This document shows, in pieces, positions 29,698 to 37,920 of a stretch of 64,000 nucleotides of DNA. The DNA is from an uncultured Pelagibacteraceae bacterium (GTDB lineage Bacteria; Pseudomonadota; Alphaproteobacteria; Pelagibacterales; Pelagibacteraceae), in the NCBI GenBank assembly GCA_902593905.1, contig CACJKF010000002.1:1742-65741 (forward strand), in the 5' to 3' direction. Below the pieces are notes generated by a model. The model was not told the origin of the DNA, ran no database searches, and worked only from the letters and a program-made list of their open reading frames with translations. Made by a program: the position numbers and the translations under genes. Positions within the stretch are counted from its first letter, which is position 1, and the number at the start of each line of letters is the position of its first letter.

Positions 29698-30472
29698 TTA
29701 AATTCTCAGAGCGTTTAATTAGCAGACTAGGGTTCCTATAGTCCTCTTTTCCGTACAAAAATGGTTTTTCATCTAATGTTTTTATTATAGCCCCAGCATT
29801 CTGAGCTACTGCATGCCCTGCTGCGTAATCCCACTCATTTGCTCTTTCACTTGCTGCGTAAATATCATATTCCCCTGTTGCAATTACACAAAATTTATAA
29901 GAGCTAGCCATTTTCACTATAGAAGTAACATTATGTTCCTTCAACTTATTTAAAATCCTATCAGATGGTTTGTGAGAACTTGAGAGGGCAACAATTTTGC
30001 CATTAGGTTGTTTTTTTTTACAATTAATTTTTTTAGTATTATTTTTTTCGATAAGGTAACTTTCACCTGGCGCGTAAGAAAAAAAAAGTCTATTTTTTTT
30101 CGGCACACCTACCAAGCCAAGCACTGGAACTTTATTAATTACTAAAGCCGCGTTCAGAGTATATTCATCCTTTCCCGCAATATACTCTTTTGTTCCATCT
30201 ATAGGATCAATAAGCCAAAATACTTTCGATTTATTTTTTTTATCTAAATTCACTGTTTCTTCGGAAATAATATTAATGTTAGGAGTTAATTCAGAAATTT
30301 TTTTAGATATAAGTTCATTTACTCTTATATCTCCATTACTCACTGGAGATTTATCCTCTTTTATATCTATTTTAAGACCTTCCTCATAAAGTCTAATGGA
30401 CTCTTTGCTTGCGTAATTGAATGTTTCAATTAATCCTTCAGCCAATTTTTTAAGCTCATCTTTACTCATCAT
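29690..30472 (-). CDS. cysQ: 3'(2'),5'-bisphosphate nucleotidase CysQ
   Basis: K.D.SPV, ISEE, FWLIDPIDGTKEY, EWDYAAGHA. Confidence 0.88.
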   Translation of the reverse strand: MMSKDELKKLAEGLIETFNYASKESIRLYEEGLKIDIKEDKSPVSNGDIRVNELISKKISELTPNINIISEETVNLDKKNKSKVFWLIDPIDGTKEYIAGKDEYTLNAALVINKVPVLGLVGVPKKNRLFFSYAPGESYLIEKNNTKKINCKKKQPNGKIVALSSSHKPSDRILNKLKEHNVTSIVKMASSYKFCVIATGEYDIYAASERANEWDYAAGHAVAQNAGAIIKTLDEKPFLYGKEDYRNPSLLIKRSENLNV

Positions 30473-30647
30473 TTATCTTTTCCAGTCTAACGTTTTCAAT
30501 ATTAATAACTCTTTTACCGTAATTTTCAAAATTAACGGTGACTTTATTACCTATAATAGATTGGACTTGACCAATACCCCATTCCTTATTTGCAGGGTTT
30601 TTGACATAATCTCCTGGTTCAAAATCAATTAGCATTATGGAAAACAA
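30462..30647 (-). CDS. DUF3553 family protein
   Basis: [27 protein letters not shown]. Confidence 0.85.
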   Translation of the reverse strand: MFSIMLIDFEPGDYVKNPANKEWGIGQVQSIIGNKVTVNFENYGKRVINIENVRLEKINDE

Positions 30648-30674
30648 ATAATAAATATATTATACACTTTAAAT

Positions 30675-31802
30675 ATGAATTCTCTAGGAATTAATAAACT
30701 TAACAGAGAAACTAAAGTTGTTGTTGCTATGTCTGGTGGCGTAGACTCTTCGGTAGTAGCTGCTTTAATGAAACAAGAAGGGTATAACGTTAAAGGTATA
30801 ACTCTTAAACTCTATGATGATAATAAAGACTCAAAAAAAGGAAGACAATGTTGTGCTGGTCAAGATATTATGGATGCAAAAAGAGTTTCTGAAAAAATTA
30901 ATATTGCTCATGAAATTTTGTATTATCAAAAAAAATTTAAGTCTGAAGTTATTGACTCTTTTATAGATAGTTATGCAGCTGGGGAAACTCCAATTCCTTG
31001 TGTTCAATGTAATCAAACAGTAAAATTTAGAGATTTATTCAAATATGCAAAAGAATTAAAAGCTGACGCATTGATTACCGGACACTATGTTTCAAGGGTT
31101 CAAATTAATGGTCATGCAAATATGTATAGAGCGAAAGATCACAATAGAGATCAAAGTTATTTTTTATTTAACACCACACAAGAGCAACTAAATTATTTGA
31201 GATTTCCCTTAGGTGAAATAGATAAGTCTGTAACAAGATCCATAGCAAAAAAATTAAATTTAAATGTTGCGGACAAACCAGATAGTCAAGATATATGCTT
31301 TGTACCAAATGGAGATTATAGTTCAGTTATTAAAAAATATAGACCAGAGTCTTTTAAGAAAGGTAAAATAGTAGATTTATTTGGAAATCAAATAGGTGAA
31401 CATGAAGGTATAATTAATTACACAATAGGACAAAGGAAAGGAATTAAGATTTCTAGTAGTAAACCGCTATATGTAGTCAACATAAATGCTGATAATAATA
31501 CAGTAGTAGTAGGTCATAAAGAAAATTTAAAAATAAAGAAGATTTATCTAAGAAATATAAATATTTTAGCGCCAAAAAAAGAATTTGAAAAAATCATAAA
31601 GATTAAAGTTCGATCAACCGGAAAACTTTTAAATGCCAAAATAAAATTTGAAAAAGATTATGCTAATGTAGAAATTTTAGATAATGAAACAGGTATTTCT
31701 CCTGGCCAAGCATGTGTTTTTTATTCAAAGGATGAAGTTGGGGATAAGGTTATGGGAGGTGGCTGGATAGACAGAACTTTCAATAATAATTTATCCACTT
31801 AG
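30675..31802 (+). CDS. mnmA: tRNA-specific 2-thiouridylase
   Basis: [43 protein letters not shown]. Confidence 0.97.
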   Translation: MNSLGINKLNRETKVVVAMSGGVDSSVVAALMKQEGYNVKGITLKLYDDNKDSKKGRQCCAGQDIMDAKRVSEKINIAHEILYYQKKFKSEVIDSFIDSYAAGETPIPCVQCNQTVKFRDLFKYAKELKADALITGHYVSRVQINGHANMYRAKDHNRDQSYFLFNTTQEQLNYLRFPLGEIDKSVTRSIAKKLNLNVADKPDSQDICFVPNGDYSSVIKKYRPESFKKGKIVDLFGNQIGEHEGIINYTIGQRKGIKISSSKPLYVVNINADNNTVVVGHKENLKIKKIYLRNINILAPKKEFEKIIKIKVRSTGKLLNAKIKFEKDYANVEILDNETGISPGQACVFYSKDEVGDKVMGGGWIDRTFNNNLST

Positions 31803-31871
31803 TTAACAACTTGTTGTGAGACACGCAATAAGTGATAACAAATATTATAAGAATATGATTTAATGATTTTA

Positions 31872-32042
31872 ATTAAGAAGCAATTCTTAACTGGCCATTT
31901 AAGGAAAGACCGAGAGGTTCAAGCTTAAAGGGCAGAAAGGTGAACCTAGTAGCGCTAGAATAGTTCATCGGGATGGCTTGGCGGTAGCGCCTAAAACGAC
32001 GAGCCAAAACTACTAAATTTCTGGGCGAAAGCCTAGAAATTT
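31872..32042 (+). ncRNA. Candidate free-standing structured ncRNA
   Basis: GC-enriched intergenic island with several nested stems (see findings) ending in a GAAA-loop terminator-like hairpin; strand inferred from GNRA loops and G-U pairs. Confidence 0.6.
32016..32042. terminator. Hairpin terminator (bidirectional)
   Basis: AAATTTCTGGGC GAAA GCCTAGAAATTT. Confidence 0.75.
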
Positions 32043-32742
32043 ATGTGGTTCTTCTCCAAAACAATCTAGAAAATAAATAAAATATAACAACACCCACAAA
32101 ATAATTCCATTCTAAGGCATGTTTGAAATGGGTATTTCCTTTAGTTAATAAAATAGGGAGACTAAGAATTGCAACAGATGCCAAAATCGCAACTAAAATT
32201 ATTTTCAATATTAAAAAGTTTCTATTGATAATTGTTTCTAAATTTTTTTTTAATTTATACAAATGGTATACTAAATAACCTTGAGCAATAATTTCGAAAA
32301 TTATAAATAAAAGCAAAACTACCCTTCTAAAAAGTTTATAAATTTGAATATCAAATTTTATTCCAAGAAAAATCGAATGTATTGCCAGAAATACAGCTGA
32401 TAATATTCCAAAAGTTTTAAATTTATAATTTAAATTGGTTGAATTAAATTCATTTATTAAGTTGTTGTTACTTTTCCAATAAAAGTAGAGAAGAACCGAA
32501 GTTAAAATCATCGAAGGTTTAAATATCAAATATTGAGGAAAGGTCCTCGACGCCCTACTAATTGATAAACTTCCATCTAAATAAGGTATTGAAAATCCTG
32601 ACCTGCCTAATTGATCAACTGTAAATATAGTATTTTCTAATAATTCTGGATTTTGTGAAATGTAGAGGCATAAATTAATTGCCAGTAATGGAATAAAAAA
32701 AATCCATATACTCAATTTTCTTATTTGAGTTATTTCATGCAT
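32041..32742 (-). CDS. Hypothetical multi-pass membrane protein
   Basis: About 6 hydrophobic segments; PYLDG..SISRA.R; LEWN. Confidence 0.7.
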   Translation of the reverse strand: MHEITQIRKLSIWIFFIPLLAINLCLYISQNPELLENTIFTVDQLGRSGFSIPYLDGSLSISRASRTFPQYLIFKPSMILTSVLLYFYWKSNNNLINEFNSTNLNYKFKTFGILSAVFLAIHSIFLGIKFDIQIYKLFRRVVLLLFIIFEIIAQGYLVYHLYKLKKNLETIINRNFLILKIILVAILASVAILSLPILLTKGNTHFKHALEWNYFVGVVIFYLFSRLFWRRTT

Positions 32743-32756
32743 ATATTCTGTAATGA

Positions 32757-32840
32757 TTATTTTTTCTTATTTCTTTTTCTTGCTCTTCTCTTTTTCGAGC
32801 CTATTTTTCGTCTTCCTCTGTGTTTTTTAGGATAACCCAT
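32757..32840 (-). CDS. Unannotated 27-aa ultra-basic peptide
   Basis: MGYPKKHRGRRKIGSKKRRARKRNKKK; GGAGG SD 7 nt upstream of ATG. Confidence 0.75.
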   Translation of the reverse strand: MGYPKKHRGRRKIGSKKRRARKRNKKK

Positions 32841-32905
32841 ATTTTTGCCTCCTTTTTTTTATTTTAATTACTTAGGTACTATATAAAGTCAAATATACTT
32901 ATTTT

Positions 32906-34102
32906 ATGAAAAAGTCTATAAGCACATTTTTAAAACATCCTACTAAAGACTTATCCAACAGATCTGCTAATCCTCCAGTAATAAGGGCTTCAACAATTCT
33001 ATTTGACACCATGCAAGAGTTATACACGCATGAGAAAAAAATTAAAAAACATCAAAAAATAAGTCATTATAGTTATGGTCGTTATGGTAGCTCAACTACT
33101 ATAGAACTTGAAAATATTTTAAAAGAATTAGAAAAAGCTTACCATGTATTTCTTACGGGAACTGGTTTTGGCGGAGTTGCGTTAGCATTAATGAGTTTAT
33201 GTAGACCAGGAGATGAAATTTTAGTTTCAGATAATGTTTATGGTCCGACAAAAGAAATTTCAGAAAAACTTTTAAGAGAATTTCAAGTTAACGCAATTTT
33301 TTATAATCCAGACTCATTTGAAGATCTTAAGAATAAAGTCTCAAAAAAAACAAAAATGATTCTTGTTGAAAATCCTGGGAGTAATACTTTTGAGTTTCAA
33401 GATTTATCTAAAATTGTAAAATTAGCGAAAAAGAAAGGAATTTATACTTTTCTAGATAATACTTGGGGTACACCTTTATATCTTAAACCTTTGACCATTG
33501 GGTTTGACATGTCTTTTTCATCTGCAACAAAATATTTTTCAGGACACTCAGATGCTATGGGTGGATCGTTAGCTGTAAATAGAAAAGTTTTTAAGCAAAT
33601 TATGTTTTTTTACAGACTTTCAGGTTATAGAATGGCAGCTGATGAAGCATATTTAATAATTAGAGGGCTAAGAACTTTAGACACCAGACTAAATCAACAT
33701 TATCAGAATACAAAAAAAGTAATCGACTTTTTAAAAAAACAAAAAAAAATAAGTGAAATACTTTATCCTTACAAGCCATCAAGTAAAAATTATAAATTAT
33801 GGAAGAAATATTATTCTGGTGCAACAGGATTGCTATCAATAGTAATAAAAAGTAAAAAAAAATCTTCAGTAATCAAATTTGTAAATTCACTAGAATTATT
33901 TGGAATAGGATACAGCTGGGGAGGTTTTGAGAGCCTTGCAATTTTGCAGGAATTAAGATCGAAAAATAAGGATGAATATTTAAAAGGGAGAAAATATTTT
34001 AGATTTAACAAAGATGAACACATCGTAAGATTACATATCGGACTTGAGGATCCTCGAGATTTAATTAATGATTTAAAAAGGTCTTTAAGGTACATTAAGT
34101 AG
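32906..34102 (+). CDS. metC: Cystathionine beta-lyase (Cys/Met metabolism PLP enzyme)
   Basis: NPPVIRASTILF, YGRYG, DNTWGTP, SATKYFSGHSD, SWGGFES. Confidence 0.85.
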   Translation: MKKSISTFLKHPTKDLSNRSANPPVIRASTILFDTMQELYTHEKKIKKHQKISHYSYGRYGSSTTIELENILKELEKAYHVFLTGTGFGGVALALMSLCRPGDEILVSDNVYGPTKEISEKLLREFQVNAIFYNPDSFEDLKNKVSKKTKMILVENPGSNTFEFQDLSKIVKLAKKKGIYTFLDNTWGTPLYLKPLTIGFDMSFSSATKYFSGHSDAMGGSLAVNRKVFKQIMFFYRLSGYRMAADEAYLIIRGLRTLDTRLNQHYQNTKKVIDFLKKQKKISEILYPYKPSSKNYKLWKKYYSGATGLLSIVIKSKKKSSVIKFVNSLELFGIGYSWGGFESLAILQELRSKNKDEYLKGRKYFRFNKDEHIVRLHIGLEDPRDLINDLKRSLRYIK

Positions 34103-35322
34103 TGAAAAAATTTTTCCCTAATAATTTAGCTTTCATCGTTTTAGTATCAGCCTGTTGCGTTATTTTGATTTCCATGGGTCTAAGACAAACCTTTGGTCTT
34201 TTTTTTGATGCTTTTGAAAAAGGTTTAGGCGTTACAAGAACAGAATTTGGCTTAGCGATTGGGATACAAATGTTATTTTGGGGAATGTTTGCTCCAATTT
34301 TTGGATTGTTAGCAGATAAGTTCGGAGGAAATAAAGCAGTATTTCTAGGATTTATAATTTTCGCTTTAGGGATCTTTTTGTTGTATTCCGGGCCAAATAC
34401 TGGAATTTATTTTCAATTAGCTCTTGGAGTTCTCATAGGTATAGCTTTAGGTGCTACAGCTATTGGAGTTCCAGTTTCAGAAGTAGGTAAACACTTTCCA
34501 AACGAAACAAGAACTATAGCAACTGGAATTGTTACTGCTGCAGCCTCTATCGGATATTTTTTGTCTCCTCTTTTAACTAAATATAGTTTAGTAGAATTTG
34601 ATTGGGAGCAAACTCTAAAATATTTTTTGATTTTTATAGTTGTTGGTCTTATAGCCTCACTTTTTTTATTTCCTTCAAAGACAGTAATTAATTCATCTCA
34701 AGCAGATAGAGATCAAACATTTTTTTCAGCAATTAAAGAAGCTTTTTCTCATAATGGATATGTACTTTTAGTTTTAGGTTTTTTTGTTTGCGGTTTTCAA
34801 ATAACTTTAGTCGGAACTCATATTCCTGGATATATGCAAGATAGAGGCATGGCTGGATGGTCAGCAACTATTATCCTAGCATTAATTGGATTTTTTAATA
34901 TATTTGGAACTTTAGGAATGGGTTATCTTGGAACCAAATATAAGAAAAAGAATTTGTTAAGTATCCTTTATTTTTTGAGGGCAGTGAGTATCTGTGTTTT
35001 CATTTTTTCTCCACCTTCGATGTTAAACTCAATAATTTTTGGTGTTAGTTTTGGATTGTTATGGCTTTCAACTGTTCCTCCAACCAATGGAATAGTTGCC
35101 CAAATTTTTGGAACAAAATATTTAAGCACTTTGTTTGGTATTGTTTTTCTATGTCATCAATTTGGAGCTTTCGCAGGGGCATTTCTTGGAGGTTATTTCT
35201 TTGATAAGTATGGAAGCTATGATTACGCATGGTATATGGCTATAGCTCTTTCATTGTTTGCGACTTTAGTACATTATCCTATCGATGAGAGAAGAATTGA
35301 ACGTGTTGATAACACTATCTAA
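34102..35322 (+). CDS. MFS transporter
   Basis: 12 TM; G..ADKFG motif; GFFVCGFQ. Confidence 0.9.
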   Translation: MKKFFPNNLAFIVLVSACCVILISMGLRQTFGLFFDAFEKGLGVTRTEFGLAIGIQMLFWGMFAPIFGLLADKFGGNKAVFLGFIIFALGIFLLYSGPNTGIYFQLALGVLIGIALGATAIGVPVSEVGKHFPNETRTIATGIVTAAASIGYFLSPLLTKYSLVEFDWEQTLKYFLIFIVVGLIASLFLFPSKTVINSSQADRDQTFFSAIKEAFSHNGYVLLVLGFFVCGFQITLVGTHIPGYMQDRGMAGWSATIILALIGFFNIFGTLGMGYLGTKYKKKNLLSILYFLRAVSICVFIFSPPSMLNSIIFGVSFGLLWLSTVPPTNGIVAQIFGTKYLSTLFGIVFLCHQFGAFAGAFLGGYFFDKYGSYDYAWYMAIALSLFATLVHYPIDERRIERVDNTI

Positions 35323-35341
35323 GGTTGTATTTTGAGTCCCT

Positions 35342-35401
35342 AAGTGAATCAAAAGTGAATCAAAACGTGAACATTTAAAACACTCAACCAAAAAGTGTGA
35401 A
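35342..35401. repeat. Short direct repeats (AAGTGAATCAA x2, plus further GTGAA units)
   Basis: GTGAA at 35344, 35355, 35367 and 35397, upstream of the CADD gene. Confidence 0.55.
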
Positions 35402-35463
35402 TAATTTTTAAAATAAATACTTTATAGTTTTAATTATCTTCAAATAAACAAAAAGGAGAAAAA

Positions 35464-36135
35464 ATGTTTTCAAAAGAATTAGGCTCAAAATTAGACAGGT
35501 ATCACTTATTAAAACATCCATTTTATCAAATTTATTGGAACGAGGGAAAATTAAATAGAGAGATTATAAAAGATTATGCCGAGCAGTATTATCAGCACGT
35601 AAAAGCCTTTCCAAGATATATTAGCGCTACGCATTCCATTTGTGAAGATATTGAAAAAAGAAGAATTCTTTTAGAAAATTTACAAGATGAAGAAAATAAG
35701 GATGGGGATCACCCTAAGCTGTGGAAAAATTTTGCTAAAGCGCTGGGAGCTGACGAAAAAGAAATTGAAAAAGTAAAACTTGATTGGTTCACAAAAGATA
35801 TGATTGATAATTTTTTTGCTCAAGCAAGAAAATCATATGCTGAAGGTCTCGCTTCATTATATACTTATGAAAGACAAATACCTGAAATTGCTGAAACAAA
35901 AATACAAGGATTAAAGAAATTCTATGGAGTAAGCTCAAAGGCAGGTCTTGAATTTTTTGAAGCACATAAATCAGCTGATGTAATTCATAGAGCTGAATGT
36001 GAAAAATTATTGGATAGTTTATCAAAAGAGGAGCAAGAGAAGGCAGAAACAGCTTCTTTATTAACCGCTAGATATCTTTGGAACTTCTTAAGTGGCATGA
36101 CTTCTAAGCATAAACTACAAACTATTGCGGCTTAA
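35464..36135 (+). CDS. CADD/CT610-family dimetal oxidase, putative alternative p-aminobenzoate synthase
   Basis: HLLKHPFY..W, YAEQYYQHV.AFPRY, ENL.DEE..H, YE.QIPEIAETKI.GL, FF.AH..AD..H. Confidence 0.85.
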   Translation: MFSKELGSKLDRYHLLKHPFYQIYWNEGKLNREIIKDYAEQYYQHVKAFPRYISATHSICEDIEKRRILLENLQDEENKDGDHPKLWKNFAKALGADEKEIEKVKLDWFTKDMIDNFFAQARKSYAEGLASLYTYERQIPEIAETKIQGLKKFYGVSSKAGLEFFEAHKSADVIHRAECEKLLDSLSKEEQEKAETASLLTARYLWNFLSGMTSKHKLQTIAA

Positions 36136-36157
36136 AATTAGATAGCTAAACTATCAA

Positions 36158-36538
36158 ATGAAGAACGATAATCACGTCTGGGATAATAAACATCCTACAG
36201 CGCAAATGTTAGGTCGATGGCAACCTTGGCATGAAGGGCATCAAAAACTTTTTGAGGAAACTTTAAAAAAAACAGGGCAAGTGAACATTATGGTTAGAGA
36301 TGTTAAAGGCGTTGACGATAACCCTTTTGACTTTGAAACAGTAAAAAAAAATATTCTTAATGCATTAAAAGATTACAAAAATCGAATTCAAGTTACATTG
36401 GTTCCAAATATTACAAATATTTGTTATGGAAGAGGGGTAGGTTACAAAATAGAGGAGATAGTTCTAGACGAAAAGACGCAACAAATCTCAGCTACCAAAA
36501 TTAGAGAGCAAATGAGAAAAGAAGGCAAACTCAAATAA
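36158..36538 (+). CDS. Minimal HxGH nucleotidyltransferase (cytidyltransferase-like)
   Basis: GRWQPWHEGH and ISATKIRE motifs; 126 aa. Confidence 0.8.
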   Translation: MKNDNHVWDNKHPTAQMLGRWQPWHEGHQKLFEETLKKTGQVNIMVRDVKGVDDNPFDFETVKKNILNALKDYKNRIQVTLVPNITNICYGRGVGYKIEEIVLDEKTQQISATKIREQMRKEGKLK

Positions 36539-36539
36539 A

Positions 36540-36584
36540 TGAGAAACGTTCTCACTTGACCTCTTTTAATCAAACCTTTAAGAG
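36540..36584 (+). promoter_or_regulatory. Putative aprM promoter with adjacent palindrome
   Basis: TGAGAA-N3-TTCTCA directly before TTGACC-N17-TAAGAG; ATG 6 nt later with no SD. Confidence 0.45.
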
Positions 36585-36590
36585 TTAATT

Positions 36591-37382
36591 ATGTTAACAA
36601 CAAATCCGTTTGCAGACCTAGCAACAGTAATTCCAGCCTTTTTGATGCAATATTTCGTAATTGCTATGGTTCTTTTAATAATAGTTGGAACTGGTTTAGA
36701 TATGTTGCATAAAAAAAACGTTATTTATTTTTTTAGAAATGCACAAAAAGCAAAAAAATCTGCAAAAAATGAGTTAACTACAGGAAAAAAAACAGCGGTT
36801 ATTTTAAAAACAGTAGCACACGATATTGCTACTACTTCAGAATTGGGTTGGGGGAAAAGAAGACTCGCACATGTATTAGGAATGTATGGAACAATAATAT
36901 TTTGGATAGGTTCAGTTGTTTTAATTTTTAAATATTCTGAGGGAGCCGTTGCTCCTTCTTATATTCCGATTATTTGGCACGCAGGAGCAATAATGACCTG
37001 TCTTGGAGGTTATTGGTTTTGGTTTTTTTTAAGAGTAGACGTGTCCGCAGAAGCTCATCCTTGGTATAGAATTATAACTGCAGATTTATTTGTTTTAGCA
37101 TTACTAGCCTGTGCAACTTTTGGATTAGCATGGTCACTCACTCAAACTGCAGGTATGAGCGGACTGAGTTACTTATTCTTAGTTCTTTTTATTTTGTCTA
37201 ATTTAGTTTTATTTGGAGGAGTTTATTGGTCTAAATTTGCCCATATGTTTTATAAGCCTGGTGCAGCAATTCAAAAAAATTTAGCTGAAGCCGACGGCTC
37301 CAGAGACAATTTGCCTCCACCGGCTGATGCCCCTGAGCAATTTGGGTTAGGAATTAAAAGAGAGGAACCAAAACATTATTAA
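36591..37382 (+). CDS. aprM: APS reductase membrane anchor AprM
   Basis: 5-TM; RRLAHVLGMYG, WFWFFLRVDV, WSKFAHMFYKP; directly upstream of aprB. Confidence 0.88.
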   Translation: MLTTNPFADLATVIPAFLMQYFVIAMVLLIIVGTGLDMLHKKNVIYFFRNAQKAKKSAKNELTTGKKTAVILKTVAHDIATTSELGWGKRRLAHVLGMYGTIIFWIGSVVLIFKYSEGAVAPSYIPIIWHAGAIMTCLGGYWFWFFLRVDVSAEAHPWYRIITADLFVLALLACATFGLAWSLTQTAGMSGLSYLFLVLFILSNLVLFGGVYWSKFAHMFYKPGAAIQKNLAEADGSRDNLPPPADAPEQFGLGIKREEPKHY

Positions 37383-37449
37383 GAACTATGAAATTTAGAA
37401 CTAGATTAAAGGCATATATTATTATAAAAAAAATTGAGGTAAAAATTTA

Positions 37450-37920
37450 ATGTCAACATTTGTTTATATGACTAGATGTGATGGTTGCGGTCATTGCGTA
37501 GATATCTGTCCGTCAGATATCATGCATATTGACGAAACTATTAGAAGAGCCAAAAATATTGAACCAAATTTTTGTTGGGAATGTTATTCATGTGTAAAAG
37601 CTTGTCCTAATCACGCAATTGATGTTAGGGGTTACGCAGATTTTGCGCCTATGGGTCACAGTGTTAGAGTTAGAAGAGAGGAAGAAAAAGGAACTATCTC
37701 GTGGAAAATTAAATTTAGAAACGGTACTGAGAAAAATTTCGTTTCACCTATCACTACTAAACCTTGGGGAAAATTTATTCCAAAACTTGCTGAGGGAGAT
37801 AAACCAAGACAAGGAGAGATGAATTCTCAAGTTTTATACTCAGAGCCTGAAGGTTTAGATACAAAAAAAGATTTACCGACAATCAGCAAAGACTCATTTA
37901 AAAAAGGTGTTTATTATTAA
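37450..37920 (+). CDS. aprB: Adenylylsulfate reductase beta subunit
   Basis: CDGCGHCVDICP and CWECYSCVKACP 2x[4Fe-4S]; VRGYADF. Confidence 0.96.
   Translation: MSTFVYMTRCDGCGHCVDICPSDIMHIDETIRRAKNIEPNFCWECYSCVKACPNHAIDVRGYADFAPMGHSVRVRREEEKGTISWKIKFRNGTEKNFVSPITTKPWGKFIPKLAEGDKPRQGEMNSQVLYSEPEGLDTKKDLPTISKDSFKKGVYY

Noticed and set aside
31791-31799. DnaA-box-like TTATCCACT suggesting an origin
   Set aside because: Single mismatched copy inside the mnmA coding end; no box cluster
31872-32042. tRNA, SRP, 6S, tmRNA or riboswitch identity for the structured gap
   Set aside because: No cloverleaf or TTCGA arm, no SRP or tmRNA signature, not one long hairpin, and no downstream co-oriented gene to regulate
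35342-35401. CRISPR array
   Set aside because: Repeats are only 11 bp with no spacers and no cas genes
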